Assembly (NCBI GenBank): GCA_031411295.1
Contig: JANOAV010000028.1
Coordinates: 37,384 to 101,383, forward strand
DNA from: Verrucomicrobiales bacterium
GTDB taxonomy: Bacteria; Verrucomicrobiota; Verrucomicrobiia; Verrucomicrobiales; V1-33
Reading direction: 5' to 3'
DNA: 64,000 nt
Position numbers and translations under genes: made by a program. Under the pieces are notes generated by a model. The model saw only the letters and a list, made by a program, of their open reading frames with translations. It had not been told where the DNA came from and searched no databases. Shown in pieces: positions 1-8,903 of the stretch. Every line of letters begins with the position of its first letter. The first letter of the stretch is position 1.

Positions 1-1
1 T

Positions 2-3000
2 GGCGGGCATTTCGATGTCATGGGTGGCGTGGGCTTGCCGAAGGGGCACTACAATGCGCAGGCAAAGAATCAGATTCGGTGGCTGCCAAACGAATTTGTC
101 AGCGAGGTTACCGCCAGCGGAACCTATCGGATCCATGCGCAGGACCAGCCCATTTTGAATCCCTCGGAGCGGTTCGCGCTGAAGATTCGCAAGGATGCCG
201 CCCGCACTTACTGGGGCGAGTTGCGCGGCCTGTATGAAGGCGTGGCTTCGATGCCCTGGGCGGATCAAGGGTTGATTCTGGGTTGGAAATATCCCAGTGG
301 CAGCGGCAGTAACATCCAACTCATCGATACCACGCCCGGCACGTCCTTCGGGAAGGATGACGCTCCGATCAGCCTGGGAAGGACGTTCAGCGACCTGGAG
401 GCGGGAATTCACGTCACCACCATTGGGGTGAATCGAGCGACTAGCACAACGAGCAAATCGGTGGACGTCGTGGTCAATTTAGGTTCGTTTCCCACCAATC
501 GGCTACCCGTTCTGACGCTCGCGGCCAGCGCCACCGTCGTGCCCACCGGGGTTCCAGTAACCTTTATGGCCACGGCTTCAGATCCTGATGGAGATGCCCT
601 GGCTTATGCCTGGCAGCACTTTGGCGATGGCAGTTATTACTCCGCGGGACCAAATGCGGCTACCACGACGCGCAGTTTTCCCACTGCGGGGACTTATGTG
701 GTGAGTTGCACCGTGTCGGACATGAAAGGCGGCTCGGTCATCCGCAGTCAACTGATTACGGTGGGCAATGGCGGCGGGCGCTTCACGCTTAGTGGTCTGG
801 TGACGCGTAATGGTCAGGGCTTGGGAAATGTGATCGTCCAAGCGAACAGCGCGAATGCCGTCATCACGGACAGTGCAGGGCGCTACACGATGCCGAATTT
901 GCCAGCAGCGACGTATGTGGTCACGGCGGCACTTTATGGTTATACGTTCACAGAGCTGTTCAATAACAATATTACGCTGGGGCCCAGTTTTGCTGGAGCT
1001 GACTTCGAAGCGGGGGCCACATCCCGGGTCTCCATTGCTGTCATCACGCCCACCACAGATGAAGGCAGCAGCACACCGGCTGTGGTTAGGCTGTCGCGCA
1101 CGGGAGATGCCTCCCTGCCGCTCACGGTAAATTTCACGGCGGTAACGGGCACGGCCTCCACGGGTGATTACGCACTGGTTCCCGCCATGGGCAGCGGATC
1201 GCAGGGGATGATCACGCAGACGATTCCTGCTGGCGCGGCGGACTTGGACGTGTTGCTGAATTCGACGGTGGATACGACGCCAGAAGGACCGGAAACTGTC
1301 ATCCTGCAGTTGGTGGGTGGAGCCGGTTATCTGGTGGAGAGCGCCGGGCAAGTGACGTTAACGATCCTGGATGACGATACCTCATTGCCAAGCGTGGGCG
1401 TGGTGGCATCGGTTCCCAAGATGGAGGAAGGTAGCGCAGTGCTAGGTGAGGTGACCTTTAGCCGTTCCGCCAATCCGTCCGCCGCACTCACGGTGAATTA
1501 CACCCTGAGTGGCAGCGCGACGAGCGGCAGTGATTTCGTTCCGCTTAGTGGCACCGCCACCTTCGCTTCAGGATCGGCCACACTGGCAGTTCCGATCACT
1601 TCGATCAACGACAGCATTTCCGAATCCCTGGAAACGATCGTCATTTCCCTAACACCGAATGCGGCTTATTTAAATATGCCCACCGCATCCAGCGCCAGCG
1701 TTAGTGTGATCGATGACGATGTGCAAGTCGTGTCCGTTATCGCAAGCGATGCGTCCGCCAAAGAAAAGGATTTATCAGTGGCGGGAACGGCGGCTGATAC
1801 GGGCACGTTTCTGATTTCCCGGACGGGGGATACCTCGCAGGCGCTGACAGTGTTCTACGCCATGGCCGGGCCATCCACGGGCGTTGCCACTGCGCTGCAT
1901 GGTGCGGACTATGAAGAGTTGCCGGGTTCCATCGTGATTCCGGCGGGGCAGACTTCCGCCGCAGTCACCATCATTCCGCGCTTCGATGGAATTGGCGAGA
2001 GTCAGGAAAGTGTCTTCCTGCAACTGGGGGCCGGGCCGACGAATTATCGTCTCGGAACGCAGAACTCGGCATCACTCACCATTGATGATGCGGAGGGCTC
2101 CGTGCCTTATGTGGAGGTGTTGGGAGTGGACAATGCCATCGAAGGAGCCACGCCGACAAATGGGCGTTTCCGTTTCTCCGTGAAGGGTTCATCCACCGCT
2201 TCTGTGACGGTCAATTATACAGTTAGTGGCACTGCCACCTCAGGCGTGGATTACACGGCATTAAGCGGGTCAGTGATCATTCCTGGCAATGGTATCAACA
2301 CTTCGGAAATCACGGTGGTGCCAATTAATGATGCGCTGGCGGAGGATCTGGAAACGGTCATCCTGACGATCACCCCATCCGCCAGTTATCAAATCTTCGG
2401 CCCATCCAGCACCGCCACGGCATGGCTCTATGATGACGAGGTGCCGACCGTCTTCGTGGATGCTAACGTGAATGCCTATCCGCCCACCCTGACAGAAAAT
2501 GGCACCGGGGGCACGTTCTACGTTTCCCGCACCGGCAGCACGACAGCAGCATTGACAGTCAATTACACGCTCTCCGGCACCGCCATAAGCGGCACCGATT
2601 ACACGGCCCCGAGCGGTTCTGTTACCATAGCGGCCGGAGCCAAAGGGGCTGACATTCAGATCACACCCATCAATGATGCCGTAGCGGAGGGCGCGGAAAC
2701 GATCATCATTACGCTGACGGATGGAGGGGGCTACAGCACTGGTCCCACGGCCACGTATTACCTCACAGATGATGAAGCTCCCACCACCACGGTGGCCTTT
2801 GCTTCTGCTGGGACCAAGGCCTTGGAAAATGTCGGCACCATTTCCATTCCGGTTACATTGAGTGCGGCTGCCACCTCGCCTGTCACGGTAGAGTATCTGG
2901 TGAACACGGCGGCCCGGGATACCAGTGTGGCCACGGGCACGCCGCCCTCACTGTTGCCTTACTGGGTAAGGTGTGAACGCGTGGGAAATGTAATTTCCGG

Positions 3001-6000
3001 AATGATCTCGCCAGATGGGGTGAGCTGGACAACGGTTAGCACACAGACGGTCAGCGTGCCTTCGGCTAGTTACATGGCCGGGTTGTGCGTCAATTCTTAT
3101 AACACGACGACCCTCAGCACGGCCACCTTTGACAACGTCAGCATTTCTAACTTATCCGCTGGAGGGACGCAGGGCGCACGCACGGGTGCCAATTTGGGAA
3201 CAACGAGTGTAGTCGGTTCATCCAGCGTGGCTGGCAGCGTTTACACAGTAGCCGGTGCTGGCGACAATGTGGAAGGCACGACGGATCAAGGTTACTACAC
3301 CTACTGGCCGATCACAAATTCGGCAAACTGCACGATCACAGCCCGAGTCTTGTCCCAAAGCAATACGAACGCGCTCGGCACAGCCGGCGTCATGATTCGG
3401 GAGAGTATCACAAACAACGTGCGACGTGGCTTCATGGCAGCCACGCCCTCCAGCGGATTCGAGTATCACTATCGCACCGCCGTGGCCGCGGCGGAAGCAA
3501 AGGTAACGTCGGCAGGATCGCCAACGCCTTTCTGGGCTAGGATTCAGCGCGTGGGCGATGTCCTCACGGCATCAACCTCGAGCGATGGGACCAATTGGAA
3601 TACCGTCGGCAGTCCGCAAACGATGCCGATGGGAACGGAAGTTTGGGCGGGATTGGCGGCTTCGTCACAGGACGATACGGTGTTCTGTCATGCGGTGTTT
3701 GATAACACCACCCTAACTCCCGGGCCACTGCCAGCGTTGCAAGGACGGACCATTGGATTCTCTGGGCTCCAGGGATCGGCCAACCAAGCGGGGGGCGTGT
3801 GGACCGTGGAGGGAGCCGCGGCAGGCGTGAATGGAACCAATGACGATTGCTTTGCTGCCGTCGCTCCCATCAGCGGGGACTTCACGTTGGTAACGCGCGT
3901 CGTTTCGGCCACGGGCGGATCTGCTCCGCAAGCCGGTTTGCTGGTGCGCGAATCGCTGTCGCGTCGAGCGCGTTCGTTCTTTGTGGATGCTTCCCCCGGA
4001 GCCACACCAGAGCTGTCCTGGCGGGCGCAAACTTCCACTTCAGCCAATGGCGTGGGCGTGGATTACAATTTGACGCAGGGGGTGCTAACGTTCCCTGCTG
4101 GATCCACTGAGCAATCAATTTCGCTGAATATCATCAACGATACGATGTCGGAGCCGGATGAAACCATCAGCCTGCAACTCCGTTTTGCCAATGGCGTGAC
4201 GCTGGGGACGCAGAAGGAATTCAACGTTTCCATTGTGGATGATGACACGCCGCCGGTGCTGCCGTTCGTTGGCTTTGGCGCGGAAACAAGTAACCCGCAG
4301 GAGTCCATCGGCACCGCGTTAGTGCCATTGACGCTGAGTGTGCCGACTGCCAGCACGGTCACGGTAAATTACGCGGTGACCGCCGGGACCGCCACGGCAG
4401 ATGATTTCACAGCTGCCACGGGCACGGTGACTTTTCCGCCCGGATCTACCACGCAGTTCATTGCGGTGGCGATAACTGATGATGCGGTGATTGAAAATGG
4501 TGAGACGGTGTTGCTGGCGCTGACAACTCCAGCCAACGCATTGCTGTCATCGGCCGCAGCCCATACGCTGACCATCACGGATGATGATCGGCCCGTGGTC
4601 ACGATGACTTCTAGCGACACTGCTGCCACTGAGAGTGGTGATCCCGCATCTGTCACGCTCACGCGCACGGGCCCCACCACCAGTGCTCTGGCGGTTGCGG
4701 TGACCCTCACAGGAACGGCTACGATCACAACAGACTATACTGGACTGAGCACGACGCTGACGATTCCGGTCGGGCAAGCCAGCGCTACGTTTTTCCTGAC
4801 ACCCGTGCAGGATACGACTGGCGAGGGAAATGAGACCGTAATCGTGACCTTGGCCAACAACGCCAACTACACCGTGGGCACGACGACGACCTTGACCCTG
4901 AACCTTGCTGATGATGATCGCAATCAAGTTAGCATCGTCGCGAATACAGCATCAGTGACGGAGGGAAGCGCGGCGGGAACCCTGACGCTGAGTCGCACGG
5001 GCAGCACCACGGCGGCCTTGACCGTGAACCTTACCGTTTCCGGCACCGCCACCAATGGAACGGATTACACAACGGTGGCGGCCACGGCTACGTTCACTGC
5101 TGGGCAATCCACGCGCGTGCTCACGATCACGCCCATGAACGATACTGCCATCGAGGGACTTGAGGTTATCCTGATTTCACTAGCCACCGGCAGCTATGAC
5201 ATTGGCAGTGCCAGTTATGCATCGATGGCGCTGATCGATAACGATGTGCCGCCCACCGTCTTCATCAGTTCCCCCAGCGCCCAGGGCACGGTGGTGGCTC
5301 CTGGCAATGGGCTTAATTTCGAGGCCACCATGGAGGATGATAATTTGCCCAATCCCGTCGCTGGAACCTGGAGCATGGTGAGCGGCCCCGGTGTGGTAAA
5401 TTTCAACCCAGCGACGAGCACGACCGGTAAGACTGCGGCTACGTTCTCAGCGCCAGGAAATTATGTGATTCGGGTGACGGCTTCGGACGGTCAATACAGC
5501 GTCTCTGATCAAATTGCCGTAACCGTTGGAGGCGTTGCGGCCTTGGCTCCGGCGGATTGGATTACCACGGACATCGGACCTCCGACCGCGCGTGGCAGTT
5601 CCGGTCCTTCGGGTGCGGGCTATGCGATGACGGCGGCTGGCACAGGATTGGCAGCCTCCTCATCCGACCGTGCCCATGCCATGTCGCGTCAGATCACAGG
5701 TGATGGCACCATCGTGGCGCGACTCACTGGGCTGATTGGTTCCAGCGCCACAAGGGAGATGGGGATAGATATCCGCGACAGCCTGCATCGCTACTCCCGA
5801 CGGGCCTCGATCATGTTAGTTCCGGGCACGAGCACCCTGCGCTTCGGCGTCCGCACCACCGCCAATACCAACGAAACGGCCGTGACCGCCACGGGCAAAA
5901 ATTTCCCGCTCTGGGTTAAGCTTGATCGCGTGGCAGCCACCAATACGATTACGGCAAGTTATGCCACCGACAATGCCGGAGCGCCCGGCACGTGGAACGT

Positions 6001-7345
6001 CATCGGAGCTGCTAGTGTTGTCACCATGGATGCCACCGCCGACTACAGCGTCCTTGCCGCCAGCGGCAGTGATACCGCCACCGCAGCGGCCACCGTGGAC
6101 AATGTTAGTTTGACGCCAGCGGCGGTGGGGCCAGCTACGTTGATCGAAGACTTGGGCTCCGGCACGCAAACTGGAACTTACGCTTACAACGCCACGACCA
6201 ATGTGCATACGCTGGCTGGGCAGTCCGGGAGTTTGGATAATGTCGCGATGTTCTACGGTCAATCCGTGACCGGGGATTTTGTGCTCACCACGCTGATGAC
6301 CAGCGCCACTTCTGGAGCAGACAGCGCCATGTCCGGCATTATGATTCGTGATAGTCTGGACAATGGGCCCATGGCCTTTGTGGGGCGGAATCCTTTTAGC
6401 GCCTACTCGTCCTTCATCTGGCGCACCAACAGCAAAGGCAGCACGGACGGACTCAATGGCATTTCCCAGACGGTGCGCTGGCTGCGCTTCATCCGGAAAG
6501 GAAATCAACTCACCGCCCTGCACGCGCCCAATGTTTCCGGGGTTCCCGGCACGTGGGTCCAGATGGGCCAGCCCCAAAATGTGTTCATCCAACCCAGCGT
6601 GGTGCTCGGCTTGGCCGTTTGTAATGGAGCAGGCGTCGGACTGAACACGGCTACCTTTACCAATCTAACCATCGTTCCTGTCAACAAAGCTCCCATCGTG
6701 GAGGCCGGAACCCCACCGACCACCGTGGCCTCGCCACTCAGCCTGCTGGGCACCGTCACGGATGATTCGCTGCCAGCACCCTTCGTGACTCAGTGGTCCG
6801 CGATCACTGCTGCCAGTCCCGTCACGTTTGCCAATGCCGCGGCCTTGTCTACCACGGTCTCCTTTACCACCCCAGGTGCCTACACCCTGCGCCTAACGGC
6901 AAATGATACTCTTGCCTCCACCTTTGATGACCTTAGCTTCACGCTCGCCACACCGTTCGAGCAATGGCGCAATGCGCAGTTCGTAGGCGGAACCAGCAAC
7001 GCCAACAGTGCTCCCACCGCTGATCCAGACCAGGATGGGCTGACCAATCTCGTCGAATACGCCCTCGGGACGAATCCCGCCAAAGGCAATGGGGCAGGCC
7101 TCCAAAAGGTCGTCACCACCGACAGTGGACAGCGCTACTTTCAAGTCACGATCCAAAAAAATCCTGCTGCCACAGATGTGACTATCAAGGTGGAGTCCAG
7201 CACCAGTCTGGCGGGAAGTTCCTGGGGCAGCACGGGATTGGTCGAGCAACAGAACACCAGCACCCTACTCCAGGTTCGCTCTACGCATCCCTATGATAGC
7301 ACCAACCGAGAATTTTTCCGAGTCACGGCCACCTTGGCCCCGTGA
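2..7345 (+). CDS. Giant secreted/surface protein, 5'-truncated: tail of a metzincin (M11/M6-like) peptidase domain, PKD-like domains, many Calx-beta repeats, ConA/DUF1349-like beta-sandwiches, C-terminal DxDxDG...F(F)R module
   Basis: Frame open from base 2 (GGHFDVMGG...HYNAQAKNQIRWL, Met-turn-like); repeated TVNYT.SGTAT.G.DY...IND...E..ET...TI.DDD Calx-beta motifs; PKD-like ASDPDGDALAYAW; C-terminal ADPDQDGLTNLVEYALGTNP...REFFRV. Confidence 0.85.
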   Translation, partial: GGHFDVMGGVGLPKGHYNAQAKNQIRWLPNEFVSEVTASGTYRIHAQDQPILNPSERFALKIRKDAARTYWGELRGLYEGVASMPWADQGLILGWKYPSGSGSNIQLIDTTPGTSFGKDDAPISLGRTFSDLEAGIHVTTIGVNRATSTTSKSVDVVVNLGSFPTNRLPVLTLAASATVVPTGVPVTFMATASDPDGDALAYAWQHFGDGSYYSAGPNAATTTRSFPTAGTYVVSCTVSDMKGGSVIRSQLITVGNGGGRFTLSGLVTRNGQGLGNVIVQANSANAVITDSAGRYTMPNLPAATYVVTAALYGYTFTELFNNNITLGPSFAGADFEAGATSRVSIAVITPTTDEGSSTPAVVRLSRTGDASLPLTVNFTAVTGTASTGDYALVPAMGSGSQGMITQTIPAGAADLDVLLNSTVDTTPEGPETVILQLVGGAGYLVESAGQVTLTILDDDTSLPSVGVVASVPKMEEGSAVLGEVTFSRSANPSAALTVNYTLSGSATSGSDFVPLSGTATFASGSATLAVPITSINDSISESLETIVISLTPNAAYLNMPTASSASVSVIDDDVQVVSVIASDASAKEKDLSVAGTAADTGTFLISRTGDTSQALTVFYAMAGPSTGVATALHGADYEELPGSIVIPAGQTSAAVTIIPRFDGIGESQESVFLQLGAGPTNYRLGTQNSASLTIDDAEGSVPYVEVLGVDNAIEGATPTNGRFRFSVKGSSTASVTVNYTVSGTATSGVDYTALSGSVIIPGNGINTSEITVVPINDALAEDLETVILTITPSASYQIFGPSSTATAWLYDDEVPTVFVDANVNAYPPTLTENGTGGTFYVSRTGSTTAALTVNYTLSGTAISGTDYTAPSGSVTIAAGAKGADIQITPINDAVAEGAETIIITLTDGGGYSTGPTATYYLTDDEAPTTTVAFASAGTKALENVGTISIPVTLSAAATSPVTVEYLVNTAARDTSVATGTPPSLLPYWVRCERVGNVISGMISPDGVSWTTVSTQTVSVPSASYMAGLCVNSYNTTTLSTATFDNVSISNLSAGGTQGARTGANLGTTSVVGSSSVAGSVYTVAGAGDNVEGTTDQGYYTYWPITNSANCTITARVLSQSNTNALGTAGVMIRESITNNVRRGFMAATPSSGFEYHYRTAVAAAEAKVTSAGSPTPFWARIQRVGDVLTASTSSDGTNWNTVGSPQTMPMGTEVWAGLAASSQDDTVFCHAVFDNTTLTPGPLPALQGRTIGFSGLQGSANQAGGVWTVEGAAAGVNGTNDDCFAAVAPISGDFTLVTRVVSATGGSAPQAGLLVRESLSRRARSFFVDASPGATPELSWRAQTSTSANGVGVDYNLTQGVLTFPAGSTEQSISLNIINDTMSEPDETISLQLRFANGVTLGTQKEFNVSIVDDDTPPVLPFVGFGAETSNPQESIGTALVPLTLSVPTASTVTVNYAVTAGTATADDFTAATGTVTFPPGSTTQFIAVAITDDAVIENGETVLLALTTPANALLSSAAAHTLTITDDDRPVVTMTSSDTAATESGDPASVTLTRTGPTTSALAVAVTLTGTATITTDYTGLSTTLTIPVGQASATFFLTPVQDTTGEGNETVIVTLANNANYTVGTTTTLTLNLADDDRNQVSIVANTASVTEGSAAGTLTLSRTGSTTAALTVNLTVSGTATNGTDYTTVAATATFTAGQSTRVLTITPMNDTAIEGLEVILISLATGSYDIGSASYASMALIDNDVPPTVFISSPSAQGTVVAPGNGLNFEATMEDDNLPNPVAGTWSMVSGPGVVNFNPATSTTGKTAATFSAPGNYVIRVTASDGQYSVSDQIAVTVGGVAALAPADWITTDIGPPTARGSSGPSGAGYAMTAAGTGLAASSSDRAHAMSRQITGDGTIVARLTGLIGSSATREMGIDIRDSLHRYSRRASIMLVPGTSTLRFGVRTTANTNETAVTATGKNFPLWVKLDRVAATNTITASYATDNAGAPGTWNVIGAASVVTMDATADYSVLAASGSDTATAAATVDNVSLTPAAVGPATLIEDLGSGTQTGTYAYNATTNVHTLAGQSGSLDNVAMFYGQSVTGDFVLTTLMTSATSGADSAMSGIMIRDSLDNGPMAFVGRNPFSAYSSFIWRTNSKGSTDGLNGISQTVRWLRFIRKGNQLTALHAPNVSGVPGTWVQMGQPQNVFIQPSVVLGLAVCNGAGVGLNTATFTNLTIVPVNKAPIVEAGTPPTTVASPLSLLGTVTDDSLPAPFVTQWSAITAASPVTFANAAALSTTVSFTTPGAYTLRLTANDTLASTFDDLSFTLATPFEQWRNAQFVGGTSNANSAPTADPDQDGLTNLVEYALGTNPAKGNGAGLQKVVTTDSGQRYFQVTIQKNPAATDVTIKVESSTSLAGSSWGSTGLVEQQNTSTLLQVRSTHPYDSTNREFFRVTATLAP

Positions 7346-7384
7346 CGTGCCCCTCATCATCGCGCAGTAACATCATTCCGGTAG

Positions 7385-7421
7385 TGTGCCTCCGGCGCAC
7401 GGGGTGTGCGTTCCGCTCACA
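7385..7421. promoter_or_regulatory. Tandem TGTGC-N7-GCACA-like palindromes (20-bp period) between convergent genes
   Basis: TGTGC CTCCGGC GCACG GGG TGTGC GTTCCGC TCACA; 7383-7421 is 32/39 identical to 16720-16758. Confidence 0.55.
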
Positions 7422-7458
7422 GCCGTGAGTCATCGTGGGAGTTCCTCCCGCTGTGATC

Positions 7459-8883
7459 CTAACTCAAGAATCCGAGCGGTGGATTGCTGCTGTTGGTGCT
7501 GTAGAAATTTCCAATGTTCGGCAGCACGAGTGGCAGATCGGTCTTGGAGACCCCGAGCCACAGCGCTAGTTCTGCGAAGAAGCTATCGCAACTGGTGGTG
7601 GGGATGAGGCGACCAGAGCCAGTGTCCAGCGGATTCACCTCTGCTCCGGCGGCAGGATTGATCGCCAAGCTGGGGTAGGTGCCGTAGATTTTCTTGCCAA
7701 TGACGGAGCCTCCCACCACGAGCTGATTGCCGCCCCAGGCGTGGTCGCTGCCCTGACCGTTGCTAGTGAGGGAGCGTCCAAAGTCGGAGGCGGTGTAGAG
7801 GGTGACGTTGTTCTGTAGTCCCATGGCAGAGAGCTGACTGTAGAACGCTCCGATGGCTGCGCTGACTTCGGGCAGCATTTGGCCCTGCAAATTGAGGACT
7901 CCGCTATGATGATCCCAGCCCCCAATCTGGATGAAAAAAGTTTGCCGGATAGCTCCGGTGCCAGCGCGTCCATTGATGGCTTTGGCTACCATTTGCAGAC
8001 GGGATCCGAGGTAAGTGCCGGGAAACGTGACAGTCCCTGGCAAGGCTCCCGAAGTGGCGGTGGCGAAGGTGTTATAGGCATCAATGGCTTGCTTCTTGCG
8101 GGTGTTGAAGGTTTGCATCAACAAGTTCGTGTATTGCTGGGAGAGTTGGCTATCAACGCCCTGGCTGAGGGCTTGGTTGATCGGATCGTTGGCTTGCCAG
8201 GCTGCCCGATAGTTGTTTAGCCCCACGGCTCCGGTCGGTGTGATGGCGTATTCCGCCACGGTATTTCCAGTTTGCCAAACGTTGCCACCATCCAGGGAAA
8301 TGTTCATCGGCACCGCTTGGTTGGTGTTAATGCCCTTGAGCAGATCGGCGGTGCGCCCGGCCCAGCCGATGCCGGCCCGTGAGTTAGGCACACTGGTCTG
8401 CCATTGCTCGATTTGGTCTGAATGAGAATACAACCCCAGCGGAAGTTGTTTGGCAAATTGACTCACTTGGGTGCGGTTCTGCACGGGTTCCACCAAAGTC
8501 CCGACATTGGCAATGAAGGCTGCATTGCCGTTCTGAAACAGCGTGGCAATTTCTGGCATGCCACCGTGAACGGCAAAGTCAGGCAAGCCGATGGGATTGA
8601 TGTCGATGAGCTGTGCTGGCGTTATGGCCAAGTTCGCACGGGCCGCCTGATACTGGGCATAGGCGGCAGGAGCGCGCGGGACCAGCATGTTGAACGAGTC
8701 ATTGCCCCCGGCTAAAAAGACGCAGACGACGGCCCGGTATTCGGTGTTCGTGGGAGCCGTTACGGCGGCCAATTTCTCGGTTAGGGAAAGATTCAGCAAC
8801 GTGTTGAGCACCGGGATGGAGGACACGGCGGCACAACTGGCCTGGCCAATGAATTTGCGGCGGGAAGAGGATGCAATGATCAT
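7459..8883 (-). CDS. DUF1501 family protein, Tat-exported
   Basis: SRRKFI twin-arginine leader; VCVFLAGGNDSFNMLVP, GGWDHH, SDFGRSL...GSDHAWGG. Confidence 0.9.
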   Translation of the reverse strand: MIIASSSRRKFIGQASCAAVSSIPVLNTLLNLSLTEKLAAVTAPTNTEYRAVVCVFLAGGNDSFNMLVPRAPAAYAQYQAARANLAITPAQLIDINPIGLPDFAVHGGMPEIATLFQNGNAAFIANVGTLVEPVQNRTQVSQFAKQLPLGLYSHSDQIEQWQTSVPNSRAGIGWAGRTADLLKGINTNQAVPMNISLDGGNVWQTGNTVAEYAITPTGAVGLNNYRAAWQANDPINQALSQGVDSQLSQQYTNLLMQTFNTRKKQAIDAYNTFATATSGALPGTVTFPGTYLGSRLQMVAKAINGRAGTGAIRQTFFIQIGGWDHHSGVLNLQGQMLPEVSAAIGAFYSQLSAMGLQNNVTLYTASDFGRSLTSNGQGSDHAWGGNQLVVGGSVIGKKIYGTYPSLAINPAAGAEVNPLDTGSGRLIPTTSCDSFFAELALWLGVSKTDLPLVLPNIGNFYSTNSSNPPLGFLS

Positions 8884-8903
8884 ACTTGTTGGGTAGGTAA
8901 GAT

